From the IMG/VR virus record IMGVR_UViG_3300005529_000007, positions 3,169-67,168 of that record: a stretch of DNA of 64,000 bases; one strand, written 5' to 3'. This document shows positions 10,209-19,964 of the stretch, piece by piece. Each line of letters opens with the position of its first letter. Within the stretch, counting starts at the first letter, position 1. Made by a program: the position numbers and the translations under genes. The stretch comes from a virus. A model generated the notes under the pieces. The model saw only the letters and a program-made list of their open reading frames with translations, did no database searches and had not been told where the DNA came from.

Positions 10209-10423
10209 TGTTCCACCACTGGGATTATGTCGCGCTGTGTGTCGCCATGGCAGTTGTCTTCGCCCTGGAGATGCTGGGCGTGTTCGGCAAGCATTACGTC
10301 ACGATCACTTACATCATCCGCACCTACATGCCCTGGGCGGCACGGGTAGCCGTGTGGCTCTGGCTAGGGCACCACTTCCTTAAGCCATTGCCTGAATGGC
10401 TCCAGAAGTATCTGGGGAAATAA
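10208..10423 (+). CDS. Small membrane protein
   Basis: 71 aa with two hydrophobic segments, coupled to the portal stop. Confidence 0.6.
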   Translation: MFHHWDYVALCVAMAVVFALEMLGVFGKHYVTITYIIRTYMPWAARVAVWLWLGHHFLKPLPEWLQKYLGK

Positions 10424-10427
10424 ATTA

Positions 10428-10458
10428 CCACTACCCCCAAAACGGGTCGCATAGACAC
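10428..10458 (+). repeat. Dispersed repeat R1 (CCACTACCC-n-AAAACGGGTCGCATAGACAC)
   Basis: Matches copies at 22801, 22901, 39135, 39296, 54838 and 59987. Confidence 0.8.
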
Positions 10459-10468
10459 AAACAAACAT

Positions 10469-10825
10469 ATGTTCAAGAGGGATATTCACCACTACCACGT
10501 TGTAGAAGTCGAGAAAGGGAGCAAGCTCCCCGAGATGAACGGAGACCTCCGCGAATCTCTCAAGACTCTTCAACATCACCCCGGTTTCCAATACCTGATC
10601 CAGCGCTGGCGTTTTCACAAGGCAGCCCTTGAGACTACTCTCAAGGAAGGTTTGAATCTTACTGAGGTTCAACTCCGCTACCTGCAAGCTGGCATCTACT
10701 GGGCAGGTAAGATCGAAGACGAGATCAATCTTCTCACCAAGGCAACTCCCAAGTCCCGCCCTGCCGAAGACGACGAACATGCGGCCTTCGCCGCCATGGC
10801 GTCCAATCTCGAACTCGTTAAATAA
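10469..10825 (+). CDS. Hypothetical head-module protein
   Basis: 118 aa between portal and scaffold. Confidence 0.7.
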   Translation: MFKRDIHHYHVVEVEKGSKLPEMNGDLRESLKTLQHHPGFQYLIQRWRFHKAALETTLKEGLNLTEVQLRYLQAGIYWAGKIEDEINLLTKATPKSRPAEDDEHAAFAAMASNLELVK

Positions 10826-10866
10826 GCTCGGACCCACAAGGTCCATATCTCCCACAAGGAACTGTA

Positions 10867-11778
10867 ATGCCCAATCAAGTGTCCCCTGGTTTCGACCGTG
10901 GCTTTGTCAGCATGAGCGATGCCCCTGGGGCAGACATTGGTTTCGACGATTTGTTCCCACCCGAAACCAACAATCTCGGTGCGCCACAAGCGCCACCTCA
11001 GGGAACTAACCCTCAAGAGCCGCCACAAGCTACACCTCCTACCGAAGCGGATTTCATCCGCGCTGGTCAGACGGTCTACAGAACTCGTGAGGATGCAGAA
11101 AAGGGAATCGAACATAAAGACTCCCTGATCTCGCGCTACCGGACATTCCTTGCAGACCAAGGAATCGACCCTGACGAACTCAAACCTCGCCCCAAAGCTC
11201 CCGAGCCCACAACGACTCCCGAGCCTCCTTCCCAGTTCAAGTACTACCAGAATCCCAAGATGTTCGATGAATTGTCCGAGGCTGTCAAAGCCCAGGACAA
11301 GGTTCGTTATCAGCAGATCCTGGAACAGCACAACCTGGAGCAGATGAACGCTGTCTTCGCTCCTGTTGCGCCGTACATCGCTGAAGTCGCCCGGCAACGG
11401 GCCGTCCGTCAAGTTGCGGACGAAGTCCCAGACTTCACACAGTTCATCAATAGCCAAGGCTACCGAGAAACCCTCAAGAGCCTGCCCAGCTTAGAGATGG
11501 CTGTCAAGAACGCGGAAAGCAACTTTGCGATGGCAGAGAACCTAGGCGAACTCTACAAGATCGCCTACCTGGTCAATCAGGGGCGGAACCGAAGCGCAAA
11601 TCCGGCACCGATTCAACAGTCTGTGCCTCCCCCGGCTGTGAGACCGACAACCGCACCCTCTACCATGACTCCCCCCGCCCCCGCTCCCCCGACTAGCGAC
11701 TGGACCACTAATCGTGATTCACGTCGCCAGCTCATCAAGGACATGGAGGGCAGAGGCATAAAAGACGTTGCGTTTTAA
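10867..11778 (+). CDS. Capsid scaffolding protein
   Basis: Pro-rich termini, helical core, directly upstream of the capsid gene; SD AAGGA. Confidence 0.75.
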   Translation: MPNQVSPGFDRGFVSMSDAPGADIGFDDLFPPETNNLGAPQAPPQGTNPQEPPQATPPTEADFIRAGQTVYRTREDAEKGIEHKDSLISRYRTFLADQGIDPDELKPRPKAPEPTTTPEPPSQFKYYQNPKMFDELSEAVKAQDKVRYQQILEQHNLEQMNAVFAPVAPYIAEVARQRAVRQVADEVPDFTQFINSQGYRETLKSLPSLEMAVKNAESNFAMAENLGELYKIAYLVNQGRNRSANPAPIQQSVPPPAVRPTTAPSTMTPPAPAPPTSDWTTNRDSRRQLIKDMEGRGIKDVAF

Positions 11779-11813
11779 CTACTCACAGCAGGGTCCAATT
11801 CACGAGGAAAACC

Positions 11814-12824
11814 ATGTTTAAGAAGTTTCTTTCCCTTCTCTTCATTGTCCTCGGTTTCGGACCTGATGTCGTAACTGTCACAGCAGGTACGGCAGGCAAT
11901 GCGGGGTCAACAGCCGCCGAGCTGATTACCTACATGTCTGCCCGTCTCTTGGAAGTGGCCGAGTTCAATACCATCCTCGACCAGTTCGGAGACAAGCATC
12001 CCCTCCCCAGCAACTCCTCGAAGACGATTCGTTTCGTCCGTGAAGAGAAGCTGACGGTTGCTGCTACGCCTACTCAGTTGACAGAAGGCATCCCGCCCGA
12101 TGCTGTGGGCCTGACCCTTAACCAGATTGAGGCCACGATTGAGCAGTATGGTTCCGTGGTTCGTTTGTCAGATCTTGCTGAGATCACCGCTCGTCATTCC
12201 ATTACCGAGCGCACGATCTACATCCTAGGTCTGCAAGCGGCTGAAACCTACGACCAGCTCATCTTCAACGTCCTCAACGCTGCAACTAACACCTACTACC
12301 CCAACAACAGAGCGGGTGATACCTCTCTGCTTGGCTCTGACTTGGTCGGCTTCCCTGACCTGGTCGAACTGGATGCTGCCCTGCAAGATCAGGGTGCGCG
12401 GCCCTTTGAAGGGGGCGAATACGTTTTCGTCACCCCGCCTCAGGTCTATGCAGGCATCCTGAAAGACCCGGACTACAAGGCCTCCAATCAGTTCCGCGCC
12501 CCTGAAAAGATCTGGCGTGGTGAAGTCGGCGCTCTCGGTGGATTCCGCGTAATCCGCTCGAACAGCGCTGCATTCGCTGCCACCTCTCAGGCGGGTGCGG
12601 GCCAGGCGAGCAAGGTGTTTAGCTCGTTTGCCATTGCTCGTTTTGCTTATCAGATTACTGATTTGCAGAACCTGCGCGTCTATGTCGTGGCCCCTGGTGG
12701 CCAGACTGACCCGTTGCAACAGAGCCGGAAGATCGGCTGGAAGTTCGCTTTCAAGTCGCTGATAACCAATCAGAATTGGGTGCGGCGAGTTCGTTCAGCG
12801 GGTGCAAACTCCATCACTAACTAA
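11814..12824 (+). CDS. Major capsid protein (N4-gp56-like) with hydrophobic N-terminal leader
   Basis: LPSNSSKTIRF, LTEGIPP, QYGSVVRLSD, GEVGALGGFRVI and DPLQQSRKIGWK motifs; SD GAGGA. Confidence 0.9.
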   Translation: MFKKFLSLLFIVLGFGPDVVTVTAGTAGNAGSTAAELITYMSARLLEVAEFNTILDQFGDKHPLPSNSSKTIRFVREEKLTVAATPTQLTEGIPPDAVGLTLNQIEATIEQYGSVVRLSDLAEITARHSITERTIYILGLQAAETYDQLIFNVLNAATNTYYPNNRAGDTSLLGSDLVGFPDLVELDAALQDQGARPFEGGEYVFVTPPQVYAGILKDPDYKASNQFRAPEKIWRGEVGALGGFRVIRSNSAAFAATSQAGAGQASKVFSSFAIARFAYQITDLQNLRVYVVAPGGQTDPLQQSRKIGWKFAFKSLITNQNWVRRVRSAGANSITN

Positions 12825-12826
12825 TA

Positions 12827-13396
12827 GTGCCTAAGACCGCAAAGCAAAAGTCCCAGAACAGAATTTGGTACCACCGTCATCGTGATGAACAAATCATCAA
12901 GATGAAAGAGTACCGGAACAAACTCAAAGACCGCTGCTTTGCGGCTTACGGTGGCTATGTGTGCGCTTGTTGCAAAGAGACTGAACAGTCTTTCCTTTGC
13001 ATCGACCACATCAACAACGACGGTTATCAACATAGAAAGGAAATCGGGTTCAGGGGAGGAATTGGAATTTACCTTTGGTTAATTCGCAATAACTTCCCTC
13101 CCGGTTTCCAAGTTCTCTGTTTCAACTGTAACCAAAGCAAGCGTCTAAACAAAGGCGTTTGCGCACACAAAGGAACAAAGATGAGTCATTCATTTGAGCA
13201 ACCTGGTCCTGGAGATGGCATCCACGAAATGCGGAGGCCGGAAGGTCACGCCCATCTCGACCAGAAACTCGACAAAGGGATGCGGTCTCCAATGATTGGT
13301 CAGCTTCCCATGAACGCTGGCCTAGAGAGCCCCTCTGAATCTGCCCAGAATGGTAGTGGCCACGGTGATAGTGGCTACACCGGGAGCGGCTTCTAG
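12827..13396 (+). CDS. HNH endonuclease fused in frame to a ~71 aa protein with its own start at 13181
   Basis: CACC...IDHINNDG...LCFNCN; internal AAGGAACAAAG-ATG at 13181 starts MSHSFEQPG. Confidence 0.75.
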   Translation: MPKTAKQKSQNRIWYHRHRDEQIIKMKEYRNKLKDRCFAAYGGYVCACCKETEQSFLCIDHINNDGYQHRKEIGFRGGIGIYLWLIRNNFPPGFQVLCFNCNQSKRLNKGVCAHKGTKMSHSFEQPGPGDGIHEMRRPEGHAHLDQKLDKGMRSPMIGQLPMNAGLESPSESAQNGSGHGDSGYTGSGF

Positions 13397-13740
13397 TGGC
13401 TGAGACCAAACCCAAAGTAGAGACCAAGGACCCTTGGCAGACGCCAAAGGAAACCTGGCAGTACGTCACCGTCCCGGACGAAGATCCGCTAGGTCATGCT
13501 CACCCCACGGTCAGCTTGAACAAGCATGTCTTCGAGCCGGGGAAAACGTATCTGCTTCCCCCACAGGTCGCGGAGTATGTAACTGATCGCGTGCGCGTGT
13601 ATGCGCGTTCGTGCGTCCGCCAGCTCCAGCCCAACGTGGATCTCAAGTCTCTGAGAGAAGTTGCTGTAGGTACAGCCAACTCAACTGCCAGCCAATATAC
13701 CAGTGGTGCGCAGCTTGTAGATGGCTCCACCCTTCCGTGA
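13396..13740 (+). CDS. Hypothetical head-module protein
   Basis: 114 aa coupled ORF. Confidence 0.65.
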   Translation: MAETKPKVETKDPWQTPKETWQYVTVPDEDPLGHAHPTVSLNKHVFEPGKTYLLPPQVAEYVTDRVRVYARSCVRQLQPNVDLKSLREVAVGTANSTASQYTSGAQLVDGSTLP

Positions 13741-14120
13741 CCTGGGACGACTACAACAAAGCACTCTTGGCCTTAACCATGTGGCGTGAAGCCCGTGGGG
13801 AGGGCCGAGAGGGCATGTACGCAGTGGGATGCGTCGTGCGTAACAGGGTCGTTGCGAACGACTGGGAACTGGTCATGGCGAAGAAACGGCAGTTCTCATC
13901 CCTTACTGCGCCAGGAGATGCCATGCTTGTGCAGTGGCCCCTCCAAGGCGATCTCCCCTTTGAGACGGCAATGGAACTTGCCGAGGCCATTTACTCCGGT
14001 TCCCTGCCGGACATTACCGAAGGCGCAACTCACTACTTCAACCCAAACGTAGTTCTTCCAACCTGGGCGAAGGACATGACCAAGATCAAGTCCATTGGCC
14101 ATCATGACTTCTATAAGTGA
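13737..14120 (+). CDS. SleB-like cell wall hydrolase (endolysin candidate)
   Basis: GTG 13737 overlaps the upstream TGA; EARGEG..GM.AV..V..NR, QFS, GATHY and IG.H.FY motifs. Confidence 0.88.
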   Translation: MTWDDYNKALLALTMWREARGEGREGMYAVGCVVRNRVVANDWELVMAKKRQFSSLTAPGDAMLVQWPLQGDLPFETAMELAEAIYSGSLPDITEGATHYFNPNVVLPTWAKDMTKIKSIGHHDFYK

Positions 14121-14731
14121 ACCCAACTGTCCTTCTTGTTCGGCACGCAGAAACAGAACTAAACGATCCTAAGAATGAGAAGATCCGGGGATACTCGGAT
14201 ATTCCCATCTCCTACAAGGGCAAAGACGGCTTGCGGAATACCGCGAGCTTTCTCAAAGAGCAAGCGTTTCCGATTGCCTTTGTACTCAGCTCCCCTCTCC
14301 AGCGGGCAATGATGTCCGCGAACGAAGTGGCGCAGCCCTTCGGAGCCAAGGTCATTCCCAACAATTCCCTTCTCCCTTGGAGCCTGGGCAAGTTGACAGG
14401 CGAGCCCGTGGCCATGGCTGCCAAGGAGATGAATTACTACCAAGAGTATCCCGACATCAAGGTGCCTGAAGGTGAAAGCTACCGCGACTTCTACAACCGC
14501 TGGGCCGTTGGCCTGGACAAGATGTTGCTCTATGCCGAGCAGCATCCTGAGGAGGTTCTAGTTGGAGTGGTTCATTCGCGTAACCTACTGGCTCTACCTA
14601 GTATTTTGGGCTCACGTGATATTGGGGACGTGCCTGTCAAAGGGGGCCCACCTCCCGAAAGCGTCACGCAAATCTCGCAAGACGAAAACGGAAACTGGCA
14701 CATGAAAGTAATCCACCAGGAGCCAGCGTAA
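14117..14731 (+). CDS. Histidine phosphatase (phosphoglycerate mutase family)
   Basis: LVRHAET, SSPLQRA, GES...R and VVHS motifs. Confidence 0.88.
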   Translation: MNPTVLLVRHAETELNDPKNEKIRGYSDIPISYKGKDGLRNTASFLKEQAFPIAFVLSSPLQRAMMSANEVAQPFGAKVIPNNSLLPWSLGKLTGEPVAMAAKEMNYYQEYPDIKVPEGESYRDFYNRWAVGLDKMLLYAEQHPEEVLVGVVHSRNLLALPSILGSRDIGDVPVKGGPPPESVTQISQDENGNWHMKVIHQEPA

Positions 14732-15267
14732 TGTCCTTCCTAGACATCATTAAAAAAGCCTTTCCCTTTATATCTGCTGCGGCCTCCCTCGGTGGTCCGC
14801 TGGGCACGATGGCAGCGAATGCCGTAGGGAAAGCTCTCAACGTAGACGCCAGCAAGGCGGTTACTCCTGAGAACATTGAAAGCATAATCACCCAGGCCTT
14901 TGCCGATCCCGCACAGCGTGCGGCCCTCCTACAAGCGGAGCAAAACTTCCAAGCCCAGATGGCTGAGCTCGGCTACAAAGACGCCGAGACCATGGTGGAA
15001 GATGCGAATGCTGATCGAGCCAATGCCCGCGCCAGGGAGATTGCAGTAAGGGACTGGACTCCGAAAGTCCTAGCCGCCTGCGTCACCATCGGCTTCTTTG
15101 GTGTGTTGATGCTGATGGGATTCCACAAGACGCCCGACTCAGCCCACGACGCTTGGATGCTAATGCTCGGTGCCCTCAGCACAGCCTGGGGCGGAATCAT
15201 CCAGTACTACTTCGGCAGCTCGGCAGGCAGCGCACGCAAGACTGAACTCATGGCCCAGAATGGCTAA
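14731..15267 (+). CDS. Holin (3TM/GTA-holin-like)
   Basis: DRANARARE coil, two C-terminal TM segments, YYFGSSAGS motif. Confidence 0.75.
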   Translation: MSFLDIIKKAFPFISAAASLGGPLGTMAANAVGKALNVDASKAVTPENIESIITQAFADPAQRAALLQAEQNFQAQMAELGYKDAETMVEDANADRANARAREIAVRDWTPKVLAACVTIGFFGVLMLMGFHKTPDSAHDAWMLMLGALSTAWGGIIQYYFGSSAGSARKTELMAQNG

Positions 15268-16429
15268 TCTATATTCCGCAACTACAACTTGCCAGAACGT
15301 AATTAGCGCAACCGCGCAAGACGTTCGCAACACCCTCGATACTACGCAGAACCAAGCTCTGCTCATTGACTACACCAACCGTGTGCAGCTAGAGATGCTG
15401 CGCTGGAGTAGGTGGATCTTCTTGCTTAGTGCACCGCAGAGGTTCATCACCCAACTTGGCGTGACTGACTACTGGCTTGGGGCCACGGCAGGAAACTCCC
15501 AGGGGCAGTACGACACGGGCCTCAACCTTACGGACATCCGTACCATCAAGCCTGGCACGGTCTTTGACAGGACAAACTTCACCCCTCTCCAAAAGGTAGA
15601 CGAGCCACCTCTGGTTGCGAAGGTCGCATACCCGGATGCTACATCTCGTCCCGCTCGGCCCTCGCAATGGCGGCAAGCCATCGACACGCCGAACGTAATG
15701 AACATCTATCCGGCCCCGGATAACCAGACGCTTTACTCTCCCCAGCCGGAGCCGCCGATCTGCACGACAGCTACTTCAGGAGCTCTGGCCAATCGCCTCT
15801 ACTGGGTCACGGTGACATTTGTGGACTCGACTGGGGCAGAATCTACTGCTCCCCGCGCCACCAAGATCTTCGTCCCCGCAGGCAAGGTGCTGGTTGTCAA
15901 TCCCCCGAAGGAGCCGCTCATCGCTGGCACCACGGGCATCAAGTACGACCGCTACAACGTCTACGCAGTCTCGTCGCCGTTCGGCACGACCCTAACTGCC
16001 AACCAAGCTACCCAACAAGCAACTCTCATTTCCACCAGCTCCAACTGGCAGGAGCCCAACTCCGGCCTCACCACAACTGGTCTCAATCCTCCGACCAACA
16101 ATGCCGTGGAGCCCATCGACGGCTACATCATCGAGTTCCGTTACTGGAAGCAGCGCAAGCAGGTTGCTGCCACAAGCGATGTCCTCCAGATCCCGGACGA
16201 CTACAAAGACATCGTCATCGCGGGAGTCAATGCGCTTTCATTTCAATTCCTCAACCGTATGCCCGACGCCAGTGCCTGGATGCAGCGCTACCGCGAAGGC
16301 CTCACGGGAATCATCCGAGATATAAACCTGTTCCCACGCGGAAGCGAATTCATTCGCCCCGACTCCGCAGGAATTGGTGGCCAGCTCCCGGCTATCGAAT
16401 CCATCGACCTCTCGGTCTTGCAGAACTAA
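15260..16429 (+). CDS. Head-tail adaptor / tail tubular protein A-like
   Basis: ATG 15260; RWSRWIFL, NIYPAPD and IPDDYKDIVI segments; lies upstream of the large nozzle-like gene. Confidence 0.65.
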   Translation: MANLYSATTTCQNVISATAQDVRNTLDTTQNQALLIDYTNRVQLEMLRWSRWIFLLSAPQRFITQLGVTDYWLGATAGNSQGQYDTGLNLTDIRTIKPGTVFDRTNFTPLQKVDEPPLVAKVAYPDATSRPARPSQWRQAIDTPNVMNIYPAPDNQTLYSPQPEPPICTTATSGALANRLYWVTVTFVDSTGAESTAPRATKIFVPAGKVLVVNPPKEPLIAGTTGIKYDRYNVYAVSSPFGTTLTANQATQQATLISTSSNWQEPNSGLTTTGLNPPTNNAVEPIDGYIIEFRYWKQRKQVAATSDVLQIPDDYKDIVIAGVNALSFQFLNRMPDASAWMQRYREGLTGIIRDINLFPRGSEFIRPDSAGIGGQLPAIESIDLSVLQN

Positions 16430-18916
16430 ATGTCCTGGTACAAATCCCCCATACGCCCCATTGATCCGATTGTCTCGGACGTACAGCCGGAATATCCCGA
16501 GCGGTATATACGAGACAACTTCGAGGGCACGGGGCTGGACCTCTATACCCAGCCTCCTGCCCAGGATCAATCCATGTGGACGCTGCTGACCAATGTGATG
16601 CCCATCACAGATGGGACACTCCATCGGCGCTGGGGAGCGCAGTTCTTTACCACGAACGCACAGTTCGGTGGGAATACATATGGTCCCTACACGCGAGCCT
16701 ATCAGTATCGCAATGATCTAAACGGCAGCACAGGCACGCGGCGGCTCATCTTCATGGGTGGGTCCTTCGATGTCTTCAACGAAGACGGCACGGTCTACAC
16801 CGCCAGCGCCTTCGGCACCAGACCCAATCCCATGTTCCGTGGCGTCCTCTCCCGGAACTGGTTCTACATGTGCAACACCCAAAGCGCCTTCAAGTGGGCG
16901 GACATGTGGAACGGGGTCAACTTCCCTAACTGGGGAATCGCTGCCCCGGTGGGAGCCACGTCGTCAGTCATCACCTCTGGGCCGAATCCCCCCACCACCG
17001 CCACCAACATCGGCTCCTGGTCAAACCCGAACAACATCCTCGTTTCAGATAACACCTACGCTGTCGAGAGCCTGGCCACAGGCATCACCGATGGCGGCGA
17101 CATCCAGGCGACGGGGTTTGGTTTCGCCATCCCCAGCAACGCAACCATCACAGGCTTTCGGGTAGAAGTTCAAGCTAAGGCAACCACCTCCGGCTCCGAT
17201 GTCCCTGAGTTGTCCATTCTCCTCCTCAAGGCAGGTGTGATCTACGGAGGAACTTCCCAACTAAGCGGCTTCCAATCGCTCGTGAGCGGCGCACCGGAGA
17301 CGTTCATCTCCTTCGGTGGCAACGGCGATCTGTTCTACGGAGCTCTGTGGACACCCGCTGATGTGAATGCGTCGAACTTCGGCGTGCAGATTCATCCCAT
17401 GGTGCGGCCCACGTCCTCCGGCCCCGCCACCTTTAACATCGACTTCGTAAGAGTCACAGTCTTCTACACGACCGTCACGGGCGCGATCAATGCCACTCCT
17501 GGCGGCGGCGCAGGCATCACCCTCTCCCTCGGGCGCGTTTACTACTGCGTCTTTGAGAACAGCAGGACCGGGCACTTCTCCGATCTCAACCCGAGCAGCG
17601 GCTCGACTGGTCCCCTCAACAACCAGAACGTCAACCTGACGAACATTCCCGTCTCGGGCGATAACCAGGTGGACAAGAAGGTAATCCTCGCCACGGCAGA
17701 TGGAGGAGATCCCAGTACGTTGTACCTCGTGGCGGAAATCCCCAACAGCTCCACGACCTACACCGACAGCACGCCTGAGCTCACGCTGCTGAACAATCAG
17801 ATATACGTCTACACCGACCAGTTCGGAACTGAGTTTGGGGTGGCGAACAATACTCCTCCCCCTCTTGGCCAGATCATGTGCAAGCACAAGGGCCGCTTGT
17901 GGATGGCAGTGCAGGAGAATCTCTTCTTCTCCAAGAGCGTGGACGAGCTCACGCTTCCCGATGGCTTCATTGCCGGGAAGTACGAAGAAGCCTGGCCAGC
18001 CGATAGTTACTTTGATGTTTCCAACGGCGCAGAGACCATCACAGGTCTTCTCTCTGATGGCAACGTGCTTTACATCGGGACCACGCAGCATGTCCGCCGT
18101 CTCTTCGGAGATAGCCCCTCCAACTTCCAGCAGCCCGAGATTGTCCACACCAATGTAGGCGTGGTCAATCAAGAGGTCTGGCAGATGGTCTATATGGAAG
18201 GCACACCCGCAGGAGCCATCTGGCTTACGCCCGATGGACGTGTCATCCAGTCAGATGGGAACACTTACGTTGATATTGGCAAGCCTGTTCAGCCTCTCCT
18301 GAACGGCATCTCCCCTGGCGTCATGGCCAACTCCCACGCAGCCTTCATGAGCGACGGGGAGTTTGATCTTTACTTCCTCTGCATCCCGAGCGGCTCCAAC
18401 TACGGGGACGTGCACCTGGTCTACGATCTCCGCTCCCAGCGCTGGTTCGAGTGGGTTCCCCCGGTAGCCAGTGCAAGCATTCTCTACAACGTCAAAGCTG
18501 ATGGCACACCGCAATGGCTATTCTGCGATGACACGGCCCAGGGCGTCGTCTATCGCTACACCCCAGGATTCGTAACCGACAACGGGGGCGCGAACATCTT
18601 CGTGACTGCCACGACTGCTTGGTTGCACATGGGCGATCCTACTTATCGCAAGGTCCTCGATGAGCTAGAAGTCACGACCCAAGACCCCGGACTCACGGTC
18701 TCCGTGTCTGGCTCCAGTGGGGACGATGGCTTCTCCGGCACTTCCATCGTGGCCAATGCCGCTCTCAAGACGAGCCCATTTGGACAAAAGAAAATCTACT
18801 TCCCCGGCACAGGCAGCAAGCACCGCTACTACAAAGTAACCTTCAGCACATCCACCGCCACGGACCAAGTGATCCTTGGCTACAGCTTCCGCTTCACCCC
18901 CTGGAACACTCTCTAA
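16430..18916 (+). CDS. Tail nozzle / tubular protein B / stabilisation protein
   Basis: 828 aa; GTLHRRWG start, HKGRLW, LFFSK and LVYDL motifs; beta-propeller-like composition. Confidence 0.72.
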   Translation: MSWYKSPIRPIDPIVSDVQPEYPERYIRDNFEGTGLDLYTQPPAQDQSMWTLLTNVMPITDGTLHRRWGAQFFTTNAQFGGNTYGPYTRAYQYRNDLNGSTGTRRLIFMGGSFDVFNEDGTVYTASAFGTRPNPMFRGVLSRNWFYMCNTQSAFKWADMWNGVNFPNWGIAAPVGATSSVITSGPNPPTTATNIGSWSNPNNILVSDNTYAVESLATGITDGGDIQATGFGFAIPSNATITGFRVEVQAKATTSGSDVPELSILLLKAGVIYGGTSQLSGFQSLVSGAPETFISFGGNGDLFYGALWTPADVNASNFGVQIHPMVRPTSSGPATFNIDFVRVTVFYTTVTGAINATPGGGAGITLSLGRVYYCVFENSRTGHFSDLNPSSGSTGPLNNQNVNLTNIPVSGDNQVDKKVILATADGGDPSTLYLVAEIPNSSTTYTDSTPELTLLNNQIYVYTDQFGTEFGVANNTPPPLGQIMCKHKGRLWMAVQENLFFSKSVDELTLPDGFIAGKYEEAWPADSYFDVSNGAETITGLLSDGNVLYIGTTQHVRRLFGDSPSNFQQPEIVHTNVGVVNQEVWQMVYMEGTPAGAIWLTPDGRVIQSDGNTYVDIGKPVQPLLNGISPGVMANSHAAFMSDGEFDLYFLCIPSGSNYGDVHLVYDLRSQRWFEWVPPVASASILYNVKADGTPQWLFCDDTAQGVVYRYTPGFVTDNGGANIFVTATTAWLHMGDPTYRKVLDELEVTTQDPGLTVSVSGSSGDDGFSGTSIVANAALKTSPFGQKKIYFPGTGSKHRYYKVTFSTSTATDQVILGYSFRFTPWNTL

Positions 18917-19450
18917 ATGCCCCGCGTAGCACAAGTACAAAACACATCCGAGCTGAACAAGCTCCTGTCGCGCATTGACAAATTAGAAAAGCGCATGGTC
19001 TCCGTGCAGGACACCGTTGATGTCCATGCCTCTCAACTGGCGCGGATAGATGTGGCGCACGCGCAGCCGACAACGAATAATCTTGTCTTCACCTGGACGG
19101 GAGGAAGTACCAGCCTCTCCTGGGCCACAGGTTGGATCAAAGACAAGAACGCCAGCAGCTCTAAGACGATCTCCCCGCCAACCTTCTCGTCGGCTCCTGG
19201 CACCTCTCATTCCAGCACGGTGATCGCCGGGTCCCTGACCCTGTCACCGTCAACTCACTACTGGCTCGGCTGGGACAAGGTCCACCAGAAGATGGTGGCC
19301 AATACGGACGCCAGTGTCTTGTTTCAAAACTACAACGTGCAAATCGTCTGCCGCCTGTTCACCGGAACAGCGGGCCAGACGGGAACTGCCGGGGGAGGCG
19401 GAAGTGCAGCAAGCAGCGACCTCTCAGGGCAGACATACAAATTGTTCTAA
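18917..19450 (+). CDS. Putative tail protein
   Basis: N-terminal coiled coil followed by a beta domain; abuts the previous gene. Confidence 0.6.
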   Translation: MPRVAQVQNTSELNKLLSRIDKLEKRMVSVQDTVDVHASQLARIDVAHAQPTTNNLVFTWTGGSTSLSWATGWIKDKNASSSKTISPPTFSSAPGTSHSSTVIAGSLTLSPSTHYWLGWDKVHQKMVANTDASVLFQNYNVQIVCRLFTGTAGQTGTAGGGGSAASSDLSGQTYKLF

Positions 19451-19456
19451 ACGCAA

Positions 19457-19687
19457 ATGCAAATCTCAACAATTTACTACGGCGTTGGAATCGTTGGCGC
19501 AGGGGGAACGGTCCTTTACAAAGTGGCGAAGTTCTTCCTGGGTATGGATTTCAACATCAAGACAATCTTAACCAACCACCTGCCTCACATTGATGCGCGG
19601 TTGAACTTAATAGAGGAGCACCTTTTTGAGAGAACGAATCCGTCCAGCAACGCCCGAAGAGATCGAGAAGATCGCAGCGAAGGCTGA
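19457..19687 (+). CDS. Small membrane protein
   Basis: N-terminal TM segment followed by ILTNHLPHI. Confidence 0.55.
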   Translation: MQISTIYYGVGIVGAGGTVLYKVAKFFLGMDFNIKTILTNHLPHIDARLNLIEEHLFERTNPSSNARRDREDRSEG

Positions 19688-19964
19688 CTTAACGCCACGC
19701 AGTGCCGTATGGGCCTTGGGCGAGAGCATAGCAGTAACAAGATTAGCAGCAGAGATTGACCCCGTCTTCTATGGAGAAGGCACCCCGACCATCCGCAAGG
19801 CATGGTTCATCTGGGGGCTGGAGAACATGCTGAAGGGTAATGGCTACACCGAGTACTACTTCAATGTGCCAGTTCGTGACGAGGAATACGTAAAGATCGT
19901 CAAGGGCTTTGGCGCGGAGCAGACCTCCTTGGAGCCGGAGTTCCGATTCAAGAAAGTTCTTTAA
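19626..19964 (+). CDS. GNAT-like protein of the tail/ejection module
   Basis: IRPATPEE start, position before the ejection genes, SD GAGGAG. Confidence 0.55.
   Translation: MRERIRPATPEEIEKIAAKADLTPRSAVWALGESIAVTRLAAEIDPVFYGEGTPTIRKAWFIWGLENMLKGNGYTEYYFNVPVRDEEYVKIVKGFGAEQTSLEPEFRFKKVL

Noticed and set aside
13141-13150. Fifth ECF promoter (GCGTCTAAAC)
   Set aside because: No GACAAG element at the 13-nt spacing, and it lies within the HNH coding region.
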